From NCBI GenBank assembly GCA_002428735.1, contig DIXO01000044.1, positions 2,114 to 66,113 of the forward strand: a stretch of 64,000 nt of DNA, read 5' to 3'. The stretch is from Syntrophaceae bacterium UBA6078. GTDB lineage: Bacteria > Desulfobacterota > Syntrophia > Syntrophales > UBA2210. The position numbers and the translations under genes are program-made. Shown here piece after piece: positions 9,090 to 20,439 of this stretch. The stretch's first letter is position 1. Each line of letters starts with the position of its first letter. The notes beneath the pieces were generated by a model. It ran no database searches and was not told the origin of the DNA. It saw nothing but the letters and a program-made list of their open reading frames with translations.

Positions 9090-9899
9090 ATGCCCAAAGA
9101 GAAGATATGCATCATAGGAGGGGGGAATATGGGGGAAGCCCTTGCGGGCGGGATCATTGCCGGGGGGCTGGCGCGGCCGGAGTACATAACCGTTCATGAC
9201 ATACGCAGAGAACGGCTCAATCACCTCTGCGATACCCTGCATGTCGGCATTACGGATACCATGGAGACCGCCGTGCAGGATTCGGCCATCATCATTCTGG
9301 CAGTCAAACCCCAGAACATGGAGGACGTGCTACGGGACATCGCCGGTACCGTCTCAGGCAGGCTCGTCATCTCCATCGCGGCGGGAGTCACCCTCGGGTT
9401 CATGGAAGGAATACTGGGAGACAGGACCCGCGTCATACGGGTCATGCCGAACACACCCGCCCTGATCGGAGAAGGGGCAACGGCCCTCGCCGGGGGGAGC
9501 AACGCCACGGAGAATGACATCGCCGCGGCCCGCCGGATATTCGATTCCGTCGGCATGACCGTAGTCGTGAAAGAGGGGCTGATCGACGCCGTCACCGGAC
9601 TGAGCGGGAGCGGCCCGGCCTACGGATTCATCATCATAGAGGCCCTGGCCGATGCCGGGGTGCGCCAGGGGCTTGATGCCCAAACCGCCCTGAGACTGGC
9701 GGCTCAGACCATGGTGGGGGCCGCGAAACTCTGCCTCAGGGGGGAACGGACACCGGCCCAGCTTACCGATATGGTCACGTCCCCCGGCGGCACTACCATT
9801 GAGGGGATCAAGGCGCTCCGGGCCGGGAGGATCAGTGAAACCATTGCCGCGGCGGTGGAGGCCGCAACACGGAGATCAAAGGAACTGGGGAAAAAATAA
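9090..9899 (+). CDS. proC: Pyrroline-5-carboxylate reductase
   Basis: AAGGAGGG SD at 9071..9078, then ATG at 9090. NAD(P) fold ICIIGGGNMGEALAGG. The C-terminal P5CR motif is SPGGTTIEGI. The listed start at 8994 adds an unlikely 32-aa extension. Confidence 0.9.
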   Translation: MPKEKICIIGGGNMGEALAGGIIAGGLARPEYITVHDIRRERLNHLCDTLHVGITDTMETAVQDSAIIILAVKPQNMEDVLRDIAGTVSGRLVISIAAGVTLGFMEGILGDRTRVIRVMPNTPALIGEGATALAGGSNATENDIAAARRIFDSVGMTVVVKEGLIDAVTGLSGSGPAYGFIIIEALADAGVRQGLDAQTALRLAAQTMVGAAKLCLRGERTPAQLTDMVTSPGGTTIEGIKALRAGRISETIAAAVEAATRRSKELGKK

Positions 9900-9902
9900 T
9901 CA

Positions 9903-11144
9903 TCACAGAGATGCCGGCTTTCTCGAGGACATCTTTTTCTCCAGAATCCCCCCGATGTGATCGATGAATCCCGCCGTGTTCACCTGCCGGTTCTTCGGGT
10001 CCGGGTCCGCGATTCTCATGAGGTCCCCGGTCATGATTCCCCCCTCGATCGTTTCGATGACCGCCTCTTCGATCTTCTGCGCGAACACCGTCACCTCGGG
10101 GGTCCCGTCGAGTTCCCCCCGTTTTTTCAATCCCCCCGTCCAGGCGAAGATCAGCGCCGTGGAGTTCGTGGAGGTCTCCTCTCCCGCGAGATGCCGGTAG
10201 TAGTGCTTCTGTACGGTGCCGTGGGAGGCCTCGTACTCGAAGTGCCCCTTCGGAGAAACAAGGACGGAGGTCATCATTGCCAGGCTCCCGTACGCCGAGG
10301 CGAGCATGTCAGACATGACATCCCCGTCGTAGTTCTTGCATGCCCAGAGCATCCCGCCCCCCGATTTCATGATCCGGGCCACGGCATCGTCAATGAGGGT
10401 GAAGAAGTACTCGATCCCGGCCTCCTCGAAAGGCTTCTTCCACTTCGCTTCGTACTCCTCGTCGAAGATCTCGCGGAAACGCGCATCGTAGGTCTTGGAG
10501 ATGGTATCCTTCGTCCCGAACCAGAGGTCGATCTTCTGGTCCAGTGCGTAGGTGAAGCAGGCGGTGGCAAAACTCCGGATGGAACTGTCCAGGTTGTGGA
10601 TCCCCTGAATGATCCCCGGTCCCGCAAACTCATGAATGACCTTCCGCACCGGCTTCCCTCCGTCGCGGGGCGTGAAGACCAACTCGGCCGTTCCCGGACT
10701 CGATACCCGGATCTCCCTGTTCGCGTAGACATCCCCGTAGGCGTGCCGCCCGATATGGATCGGCCGTCTCCAGCCGGCGACCGCCGGCCGTATGTTCTTC
10801 ACCAGGATGGGCGCTCTGAAGACCGTCCCGTCGAGCATCCCTCGGATGGTGCCGTTGGGGCTGTTCCACTGTTTCTTGAGGCCGTACTCCTCGATCCGGT
10901 CCGCGTTGGGGGTGATGGTCGCGCATTTGACCCCCACCCCGTATTTCATGATGGCGCGGGCCGCGTCGATCGTGACCTGGTCGTCGGTATCGTCCCGCAT
11001 CCTGAGACCGAGATCGTAATAGTCGATCTCCATGTCGAGGTACGGGAGGAGCAACTTGTCCTTGACCATTCCCCACATCACCCTCGTCATCTCATCCCCG
11101 TCCAGTTCCACCAGCGGGTTCTTTACCCTGATCTTTTCACCCAT
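9903..11144 (-). CDS. icd: NADP-dependent isocitrate dehydrogenase (about 410-aa homodimeric type)
   Basis: [17 protein letters not shown]...KCATITPN...GTVFR...NYDGDVMSD...HGTVQKHY are the characteristic IDH motifs. Confidence 0.9.
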   Translation of the reverse strand: MGEKIRVKNPLVELDGDEMTRVMWGMVKDKLLLPYLDMEIDYYDLGLRMRDDTDDQVTIDAARAIMKYGVGVKCATITPNADRIEEYGLKKQWNSPNGTIRGMLDGTVFRAPILVKNIRPAVAGWRRPIHIGRHAYGDVYANREIRVSSPGTAELVFTPRDGGKPVRKVIHEFAGPGIIQGIHNLDSSIRSFATACFTYALDQKIDLWFGTKDTISKTYDARFREIFDEEYEAKWKKPFEEAGIEYFFTLIDDAVARIMKSGGGMLWACKNYDGDVMSDMLASAYGSLAMMTSVLVSPKGHFEYEASHGTVQKHYYRHLAGEETSTNSTALIFAWTGGLKKRGELDGTPEVTVFAQKIEEAVIETIEGGIMTGDLMRIADPDPKNRQVNTAGFIDHIGGILEKKMSSRKPASL

Positions 11145-11149
11145 TCACA

Positions 11150-13096
11150 CTACTCCTGCTTTCCCGCGTTCCTGATGAGAGACAGCATCCCCCCGGCGAG
11201 GAGGATCTTTCCCGCCCGTTCCGAGAGATCGCACGCAACCTCATATTCGGCCCCTCGGGTGGTGTTTCTGACGACCAGCGGCCTGCCGGTCTCGATCCTT
11301 CCGCGGATATCGGGGATCTTCAGTGAATCCCCTTGCTGCACCGCCTCGTAATCTTCTTCATTTTTGAAGGTAAGAGGGGCAATCCCGAAGTTGATCAGGT
11401 TTGCCGCGTGTATCCGTTCAAAGGACCGGGCAATGACCGCCTTCACCCCCATGTACAGGGGGCAGATGGCGGCATGTTCGCGCGAAGAGCCCTGGCCGTA
11501 ACTCAGCCCGCCGACAATAATGTTGTGCCGGCCGGCATCTTTTACTTCCCTGGCACGCGCGTAGAAATCCGGATCAACAACTTCAAACAGATACCGGGAA
11601 TAAGCGGGAATATTCGACCGGTATTTCATCCGCGCCCCGGCCGGTAGGATGTGGTCTGTGGTGATGTTATCCCCCACCTTGATGGTCACGACACCGGATA
11701 TCGTCCCGGGAAACGGTTCGCTCGCCGGCGGCTCTCCCATGTTGGGGCCCCGGTAGATCTCGATCCTCTCCGGGTCGTCGGGAGGCGGGATGATCATCGA
11801 ATCGTCGATGAGGAACGAGTTGGGCATCGCGATCTCCGGGCAGGGGATACCGATCTCCCGCGGGTCCGTGATCCTCCCCGTTATCACCGCGGCAGCCGCC
11901 GTCTCCGGACTGACCAGGTAGACATTGGCGTCCTTCGTCCCCGACCGGCCGAGAAAGTTCCGGTTGCTGGTTCTGAGAGAAACGGCCCCGCTCTGAGGGG
12001 ACTGGCTGTTACCGATGCAGAATCCGCACGCGTTTTCCTCCAGCCTGACCCCCGTCTCGATGAGATCGGCCAGGGCCCCGTTTCTCGCAAGCATTGCCAC
12101 CACCTGCCGGGAACCCGGGGCCAGGATGAAACTGACCCCCGGGTGGACCTTCTTCCCCTTCAGGGTCTCCGCGACCACCATCAGGTCACGGTAGGACGAA
12201 TTGGTGCAGGAGCCGACGCAGACCTGGTGCACCTCCATCCCCTCAAGATCATTGACGGCTCTTATATTGCCGGGGCTGTGCGGGGTCGCCGCCAGAGGGA
12301 CCAGTTTGGAGAGGTCTATCGTGATCACCTTATCGTACAGGGCGTCCGGATCCGCGGCGTGTTCTTCCCATTCCCCCTCCCGCCTCTGAGCCCGGAGAAA
12401 CCTTTTTGTTTCTTCGTCGCTGGGGAAGATGGAGGTCGTAACACCGCACTCCGCCCCCATGTTGGCGATCGTCGCCCGTTCCGGGACGCTCAGCATGGGA
12501 ACTCCGGGACCGCCGTACTCGAAGACGCATCCCACATTCCCCTTCGTCCCGAATAGTTCCAGGATTTTGAGGATGATGTCTTTGGCACTCACCCAGGGCC
12601 GGAGTTTCCCCGTCAGGGTGATCCCGATCACCCGGGGACAGGTCAGGTAGAAGGGCTGCCCGGCCATGGCCAGTGCCACGTCCAGCCCACCCGCCCCGAT
12701 GGCGATTTGTCCGACGCCTCCCCCCGTCGGGGTATGGCTGTCGGAGCCCAGGAGTGTCGTCCCCGGTCTGCCGAACCGTTCGAGGTGAACCTGGTGGCAG
12801 ATCCCGTTTCCCGCCCGGGACAGATAGACGCCGTACCGGGCGGCCACGTTCTGGAGATACCGGTGGTCGTCCGCGTTCTCAAACCCGATCTGCACGGTAT
12901 TGTGATCAATATAACTGACCGAACGATCGGTCCGCACCCGGTCAACCCCCATGGCCTCGAACTGCAGAAAGGCCATCGTCCCGGTGGCATCCTGCGTGAG
13001 GGTCTGGTCGATGCGGACCCCGATTTCACTCCCCGGCTCATAGATCCCCGCGACGAGGTGCCGCTCCAGCATCTTCTGCGTGAGGGTCTTGCCCAT
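11150..13096 (-). CDS. Aconitate hydratase (about 650-aa form)
   Basis: Aconitase-family Fe-S ligand motifs: GSDSHTPTGG, VGSCTNSSYRDL, NRNFLGRSG. The swivel domain carries SSREHAA. Lies 6 nt upstream of icd on the same strand. Confidence 0.9.
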   Translation of the reverse strand: MGKTLTQKMLERHLVAGIYEPGSEIGVRIDQTLTQDATGTMAFLQFEAMGVDRVRTDRSVSYIDHNTVQIGFENADDHRYLQNVAARYGVYLSRAGNGICHQVHLERFGRPGTTLLGSDSHTPTGGGVGQIAIGAGGLDVALAMAGQPFYLTCPRVIGITLTGKLRPWVSAKDIILKILELFGTKGNVGCVFEYGGPGVPMLSVPERATIANMGAECGVTTSIFPSDEETKRFLRAQRREGEWEEHAADPDALYDKVITIDLSKLVPLAATPHSPGNIRAVNDLEGMEVHQVCVGSCTNSSYRDLMVVAETLKGKKVHPGVSFILAPGSRQVVAMLARNGALADLIETGVRLEENACGFCIGNSQSPQSGAVSLRTSNRNFLGRSGTKDANVYLVSPETAAAAVITGRITDPREIGIPCPEIAMPNSFLIDDSMIIPPPDDPERIEIYRGPNMGEPPASEPFPGTISGVVTIKVGDNITTDHILPAGARMKYRSNIPAYSRYLFEVVDPDFYARAREVKDAGRHNIIVGGLSYGQGSSREHAAICPLYMGVKAVIARSFERIHAANLINFGIAPLTFKNEEDYEAVQQGDSLKIPDIRGRIETGRPLVVRNTTRGAEYEVACDLSERAGKILLAGGMLSLIRNAGKQE

Positions 13097-13110
13097 GTGC
13101 CCTTCCTCCC

Positions 13111-14073
13111 TCAGATCGCCTCGATTGTTGAGGGAGGCTTGGACGCGATGTTGTACGTGACACTGACAACGACCGGGATCTCGCGGATGATGTCGCCGGC
13201 AATCGCCTCGAGGGTCTCAAATGAAAGCCGGGTGGGGGTCGCGGTCCGCGCGTCGACACTGTCCCAGCAGCGCACCTCGATCTGCAGGCCGAAGTCGCGC
13301 TTCCCGTCGCGCATCCCGGTCACGCGGTCCTCGTGGAGGATCGCCATGTACTGAAAGGCGCCGCTGCCCTTGAGCAGGCGTTCAACAATGAGATTCGCCT
13401 TCCTGACCACCTCGATCCGCTCCGGTGTCACCTCCCCGATGACACGCGCCGCAAGGGCTGGTCCCGGGAAGGGGATGCGGTTAAACAGTTCGGTCGGGAG
13501 TCCCAGTGCCTCGCCGACCTTCCGCACGCCGTCCTTGCGGAGTTGAATGAGTGGTTCGAGGATGCGGTAACCGAAGGCCTTCTGGGGATCGATGCCGAGC
13601 TGTTCGAAGACGTTGTGCTGCCGCTTGATCCCCGCCACGGTCTCGTCGATATCGGTCAGGATCGTCCCTTGGAGGAGACATGTGGCCGCGCTTTCCCTGA
13701 CGATGCGCCCGAAGACCTCCCGATAGAAGGTCTGGGTGATCGCCTCGCGCTTCTCTTCCGGATCAGTAATCCCCTTGAGAGCGGTGAAGAACTCATCGCG
13801 CGCGTCAACCACCTCGACCGTCACCCCGAGCTTCCGGAAGAATCCGACCACCTGCTCGGCCTCCCCCTCGCGCATGATTCCGTTTTCAACAAAAATAGTC
13901 CTCAGGCGATCGCCCAGGGCCTTATGCCCGAGCATGGTGACCGCCGACGAATCGACCCCTCCGGAGAGGGCGTTGATCGCGGTGGTATCCCCCACGGCCT
14001 CTCTGATCTCCCCCACCTTCTCCGTGATGAATGCCTCCGTGTTCAGATCCTGAACGGTTATCTCCTTAGCCAT
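13111..14073 (-). CDS. guaA: GMP synthase ATP-pyrophosphatase subunit (GuaA C-terminal half only, no GATase domain)
   Basis: PP-loop ALSGGVDSS. GMP-synthase C-domain motifs: LLQGTILTDIDE, PFPGPALAARVIGEVT, KPPSTIEAI at the C-terminus. GGAGG lies 6 nt before the ATG at 14073. Confidence 0.8.
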   Translation of the reverse strand: MAKEITVQDLNTEAFITEKVGEIREAVGDTTAINALSGGVDSSAVTMLGHKALGDRLRTIFVENGIMREGEAEQVVGFFRKLGVTVEVVDARDEFFTALKGITDPEEKREAITQTFYREVFGRIVRESAATCLLQGTILTDIDETVAGIKRQHNVFEQLGIDPQKAFGYRILEPLIQLRKDGVRKVGEALGLPTELFNRIPFPGPALAARVIGEVTPERIEVVRKANLIVERLLKGSGAFQYMAILHEDRVTGMRDGKRDFGLQIEVRCWDSVDARTATPTRLSFETLEAIAGDIIREIPVVVSVTYNIASKPPSTIEAI

Positions 14074-14228
14074 GTATGCCTCCGTTTTCTCTGGTAGTCT
14101 CGAATCCCGCTGCACGCTGTCACGCGCCGTATAATGCCTGACGGTTCGGCTGGTTGTCGCCGGTGAATTCGTTTCGAGCTCTCATACCATAACACCTCTC
14201 CCGGCACAACATTCTCCGGCTGCGCCGC

Positions 14229-16817
<2,589 letters not shown>

Positions 16818-17003
16818 GCGGAATACCTCCTTGCAGGGATTCGAGACGGATCAACCCGCCACTTTGTGAAGAATACCATACCTTCATTCTTCGGCACAGC
16901 GTACATTCCGACACCAGAAAAAAGATTTTCCGTGTGCTCCTCTTTGTCAGTATAACATTTCGGCAATAAGCCTCTTGCGATAATTTTCATAGGATCTGAG
17001 ATT

Positions 17004-17843
17004 CTACCGAAGCATAATGAAGCTCAGCTGTCTGCCCGTATCTCCCCCCTCCCCCCGGTGGGAAAAGAAGATGTCACGCCGGCAGGAGGTGCAGAGGTCC
17101 ACGGCGAATATGTTTTTCGGGGAAATTCCCACTCTCTGCAACTGAAATCTGTTGGCGGCAATCAGATCGAACATCCATTTCCCTTCCCCTGTTCCCCCCG
17201 TGAAGGCATGTTTCTGAAATTCGGTATTATTGAATCCATGAAAGACCGGGGCGTCAACCTCGTAACAGCACCGTCCAATGGCGGGACCGATGGCAACCCG
17301 GATATCCTCGGGTACAGAGGAAAATGACCGGATGAACACGTCCACGGCTTTGGCAGCGATTCCAAGGGTTGTTCCCCGCCAGCCGGCATGGATGGCTCCC
17401 ACAACTCCCTGTTCCGGGTCGGCCAAGAGGAGGGGAACGCAGTCGGCCGTCTTGATGCCGACAGCGATCCCGCGCCCGGCGGTAACGACACCGTCATATG
17501 CGAGAGGACTGCCCGTCTCCTCAGCCTGAAATGTCTCATCGATCACCATAATGCCGTCTCCGTGGACCTGCGCCACCGTTACGGGGTTGTCTCCCGGCAG
17601 GCCGAAGGCTGAGCGGAGCCGCTGCCGGTTGCGTGCGAGGTGTTCTTCGCTGTCCCCCACATGGATCCCGAAGTTGAGATCAGCCAGTCTCCCTTCGCTG
17701 GTCCCGCCCCACCGTGTGCAAAAGGCGTGGGTGATGCATCCGCACTCCTCAAAAGCACGGCACTCGAGGTATTGAATACCGCCGCGACGGGCGAAGAAGA
17801 ATTCCCCGTCGGTGCCATATCGATGATCCTGGTTTTCAGACAT
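17004..17843 (-). CDS. pgeF: Peptidoglycan editing factor PgeF (YfiH/DUF152, laccase-domain protein)
   Basis: QVHGDGIMVI, KTADCVPLLLAD, AIHAGWRGT and GRCCYEV are the DUF152 His/Cys/His signature. It follows rluD, as in E. coli. Confidence 0.85.
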   Translation of the reverse strand: MSENQDHRYGTDGEFFFARRGGIQYLECRAFEECGCITHAFCTRWGGTSEGRLADLNFGIHVGDSEEHLARNRQRLRSAFGLPGDNPVTVAQVHGDGIMVIDETFQAEETGSPLAYDGVVTAGRGIAVGIKTADCVPLLLADPEQGVVGAIHAGWRGTTLGIAAKAVDVFIRSFSSVPEDIRVAIGPAIGRCCYEVDAPVFHGFNNTEFQKHAFTGGTGEGKWMFDLIAANRFQLQRVGISPKNIFAVDLCTSCRRDIFFSHRGEGGDTGRQLSFIMLR

Positions 17844-18831
17844 CTGTTGCCCGCTCTTTCAAGGCCGCGCAGGTCAGCGCCATGTCATCCGGAAGGGGAG
17901 AGGAAAAACACAGCGGGGCGGTTGTGATGGGATGATGAAAGCGCAGTTCGCTCGCATGGAGGGCCTGCCGGCGCATCTGTTTCAGCGCGGTCTGCCCGGC
18001 GTTATCCTGCACCATGACGATCTGTTTCTTTGAATTTCCATAGACGGCGTCCCCCACAACGGGATAGCCAATAGCGCTGAGATGCACGCGGATCTGATGC
18101 GTTCTCCCCGTTTCAATCCGGACACCCAGGAGCGCGGCGATCCCGTAGCGCTCTTCGACGCGCCATCTGGTCAGAGATTCCTTTCCCCTCCTGCTGACCG
18201 TGGACATCCTTTTTCTGTCCACGGGGTGTCTGCCGATGGGAAGATCGACAACCCCCTCTGACTCCTTCGGATTCCCGTGCACGAGAACGCGGTATATCTT
18301 GGTGACGAGGTGTTCCTTGAATTGTCGTGACAGCCCCGCATGAGCCGCGTCCGATTTGGCGACCACCATCAGGCCCGATGTGTTCTTGTCGAGCCGATGC
18401 ACAATCCCGGGCCTTCTGACGCCGCCGATCCCGGAGAGATCGGCGCAGTGGAACAGGAGGGCGTTCACGAGGGTACCGCCGGGATTCCCCGCCGCGGGAT
18501 GCACCACCATACCGGCGGGCTTGTTGACAACCAGGAGGTGCCCGTCTTCATGGTATATATCGAGGGGGATATTCTCCGGGGCCAGATCGTATTCCGCCGG
18601 CTCCGTCCGCCGGACCCGGATCAGATCGCCGTCCTTCAGACGGTAACCCGGTTTTACCGCCACATCGTCGACAGTGATTTGTCCATGCTCGATCGCCCGC
18701 TTTATCTGGGAGCGGGTCCCGAAAAGTCCCGTATGGGACAGAAAGATATCAAGTCGCTCACCACTCCCCGGGGAGGGCACCTTCAGGATGGATTCTCCAT
18801 CATCTCCTGAAATTGGCTGCATAGGTATCAT
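17836..18831 (-). CDS. rluD: 23S rRNA pseudouridine synthase, RluA/RluD family
   Basis: N-terminal S4 domain, then catalytic HRLDKNTSGLMVVAK and the GRTHQIRVH motif. Confidence 0.9.
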   Translation of the reverse strand: MIPMQPISGDDGESILKVPSPGSGERLDIFLSHTGLFGTRSQIKRAIEHGQITVDDVAVKPGYRLKDGDLIRVRRTEPAEYDLAPENIPLDIYHEDGHLLVVNKPAGMVVHPAAGNPGGTLVNALLFHCADLSGIGGVRRPGIVHRLDKNTSGLMVVAKSDAAHAGLSRQFKEHLVTKIYRVLVHGNPKESEGVVDLPIGRHPVDRKRMSTVSRRGKESLTRWRVEERYGIAALLGVRIETGRTHQIRVHLSAIGYPVVGDAVYGNSKKQIVMVQDNAGQTALKQMRRQALHASELRFHHPITTAPLCFSSPLPDDMALTCAALKERATDV

Positions 18832-18878
18832 GGGGGATCGCTACGGAAAGGAGTCGGCTGCATTGTCTTGTTAAAAGC

Positions 18879-19532
18879 TCATTTCTTTGCTCCAACGATT
18901 AGGTAAATAGTGTTGGACTGGGCTCCGGAAAAAGAGTTTTCGCGAATTTTGTCAAGATTCTTTGCCTTAATGCCAACGTTGTTTAGTGCACGAATGATTC
19001 GGTTAGCTACATCAATTTGATCGTTTTCAGTGATTGCGACTACTACATCACTATCAATGTCATCCAAGAAACTTCGGTTTGTCTCTATAACTTTCCATTT
19101 TGCTTTCCGAAAAACGGACAACAATTGCTCGGCATAACTATAGCTCTCGGGGTCCATCATACGGCACATACCCGCAACTTGAAATTTTGATTCGAAAGAT
19201 AGTAGACAGTCTAATTTTTTGCTCTGTTCTTCCGTTAGCCCCCTGGGAGATGTTTTCTTCTCCAGCTTGGCTATGGTCTCGTTGCTTACACTCAATTCCT
19301 TAGACAGAACTGCATTTTCTGCTGAAAGTTTTGATGTTATGTCCTTATTGATCTCTATCTGCTCGAAGAGTGCCGTTTTGTCCCTACTCTCCAACCTATT
19401 CTTTTGTACAGACGCCCAAATTGTGAATGCAGTTATGCTCACGATCAGTATTTGACCAATAAGGATAAGTTTCGTCAGAATATCTATAGAATTAATCCAC
19501 CCCATGAATTTACCTTTTAATGTAGAAGTCAC
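18879..19532 (-). CDS. Orphan membrane-anchored coiled-coil protein (AT-rich gene)
   Basis: One N-terminal TM helix (ILTKLILIGQILIVSITAFTIWA), then a heptad-like stretch, then a C-terminal domain of about 110 aa. Codon usage is clearly more AT-rich than in the neighbours. I recognise no family. Confidence 0.6.
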   Translation of the reverse strand: MTSTLKGKFMGWINSIDILTKLILIGQILIVSITAFTIWASVQKNRLESRDKTALFEQIEINKDITSKLSAENAVLSKELSVSNETIAKLEKKTSPRGLTEEQSKKLDCLLSFESKFQVAGMCRMMDPESYSYAEQLLSVFRKAKWKVIETNRSFLDDIDSDVVVAITENDQIDVANRIIRALNNVGIKAKNLDKIRENSFSGAQSNTIYLIVGAKK

Positions 19533-19550
19533 CGGCGTTGCGCGGCTTTA

Positions 19551-19700
19551 TCACGCAGCATCGGTGTGGACCGCCGGTTTAACCGTTCCTCTCAGCTTGA
19601 CGCGCTTTTTTTCTTCAACAGCCGCCTGAAAATCATCTCGGTCAGGAAGCCAACCGTCAAGCGTAGCGATCGGCTGGATTGCCCTTGTTGGGCAATCCAT
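19551..19700 (-). pseudogene. Possible remnant of a ferredoxin-type gene (C-terminal about 49 codons)
   Basis: A GC-rich 150-nt block sits between two AT-rich genes. It translates to ...IECMDCPTRAIQPIATLDGWLPDRDDFQAAVEEKK..., and CPxxAI is the end of a 4Fe-4S binding motif, but the cysteine spacing is incomplete. Confidence 0.25.
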
Positions 19701-19704
19701 ACAT

Positions 19705-20439
19705 TCAATCAATTTTGACTGTGACGGATTTCTCAATGTCCTCAATAATCTTTGTCGGTGCCGCCAGAAATAAAAGCATCTCAACAAAGTATGGTTTTCG
19801 AGTGCCATAAACCTTCTCTGACAAATCTTGAAGAAGGGTACAATAGTTATGATAAGCGGTTTTATGTGAATGATACTGATGGGCAATTCCCGAAAGTGCA
19901 AACAGAGTCCGGGTGTCGTACTTGGAAACTGCCGTGTTGCGTCCGACCGGCTGCGGGAAAAGCTGTTTGTCATTGGAGTGGCGGAAAATTACCCAGTTTA
20001 AAGAAAAAACAGCCCGTGAATCATAAATAGCATATTTTCCCGGCTCCCAAAAGGAACTCAGTTTCGACAAGGAAGAAATCGAAGAAAATGAAGATCGGGT
20101 GAGCTTTCCTCGCTGGACCTCCTTTTTGAAAGTTTTGATAACCTCGGCATTGCGGTCGCCAACCTTAAATGTTCGGATTCCGCCCCAGTCACGGATAATC
20201 CAGTAGTGGATACTCAAATCATTATCCTGTTCTAATACAGGGGCAAGATTCTCTTTCAAATAGATGTTTTGCGAGAAAGATCCGATGACATTGACGGGGA
20301 TGTCTATTGGAAGGCCCGTGGGTAACTCCCAACGATATTCTGTTTCTAATTTTATGTTTCTCGCCATTTCTTTCAGATATTCAATCATTGTATTCATTCC
20401 GTTGCCTAACAGAGAAATCAGCCGCGACTGAAGTTTCAC
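19705..20439 (-). CDS. Orphan protein (AT-rich gene); central motif resembles the 'OGG-fold' hypothetical family
   Basis: 244 aa. The motif WGGIRTF...ISSLSKLSSFWEPGKYAIYDSRAV resembles the ..ASKxLHFxxPxxxxIxDSR.. motif of proteins annotated as 8-oxoguanine-glycosylase-fold; this is a memory-based, weak assignment. The listed GTG start overlaps the selA stop. An ATG at 20397 is an alternative start. Confidence 0.55.
   Translation of the reverse strand: MKLQSRLISLLGNGMNTMIEYLKEMARNIKLETEYRWELPTGLPIDIPVNVIGSFSQNIYLKENLAPVLEQDNDLSIHYWIIRDWGGIRTFKVGDRNAEVIKTFKKEVQRGKLTRSSFSSISSLSKLSSFWEPGKYAIYDSRAVFSLNWVIFRHSNDKQLFPQPVGRNTAVSKYDTRTLFALSGIAHQYHSHKTAYHNYCTLLQDLSEKVYGTRKPYFVEMLLFLAAPTKIIEDIEKSVTVKID

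Noticed and set aside
9957-11351. 464-aa plus-strand ORF
   Set aside because: It is antisense to icd and the 3' end of the aconitase gene. The translation is low-complexity and Arg/Pro-rich. It is a shadow ORF.
14095-14115. TCTCGAATCCCGC word resembling a tRNA T-arm
   Set aside because: No acceptor, D or anticodon arms can be drawn around it, and it lies in the 5' leader of the guaA-like gene. No tRNA was recognised anywhere in the window by eye. tRNAscan-SE would be the decisive check.
18879-20439. Calling the AT-rich selA-rluD insert (or the 49.7-50.9 kb insert) a prophage, integrative element or named defence system
   Set aside because: The borders show no integrase, recombinase, transposase, tRNA target or terminal inverted repeats. 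Neither insert contains ATPase, nuclease or other defence-hallmark motifs that I can recognise. They are reported only as unexplained acquired genes.
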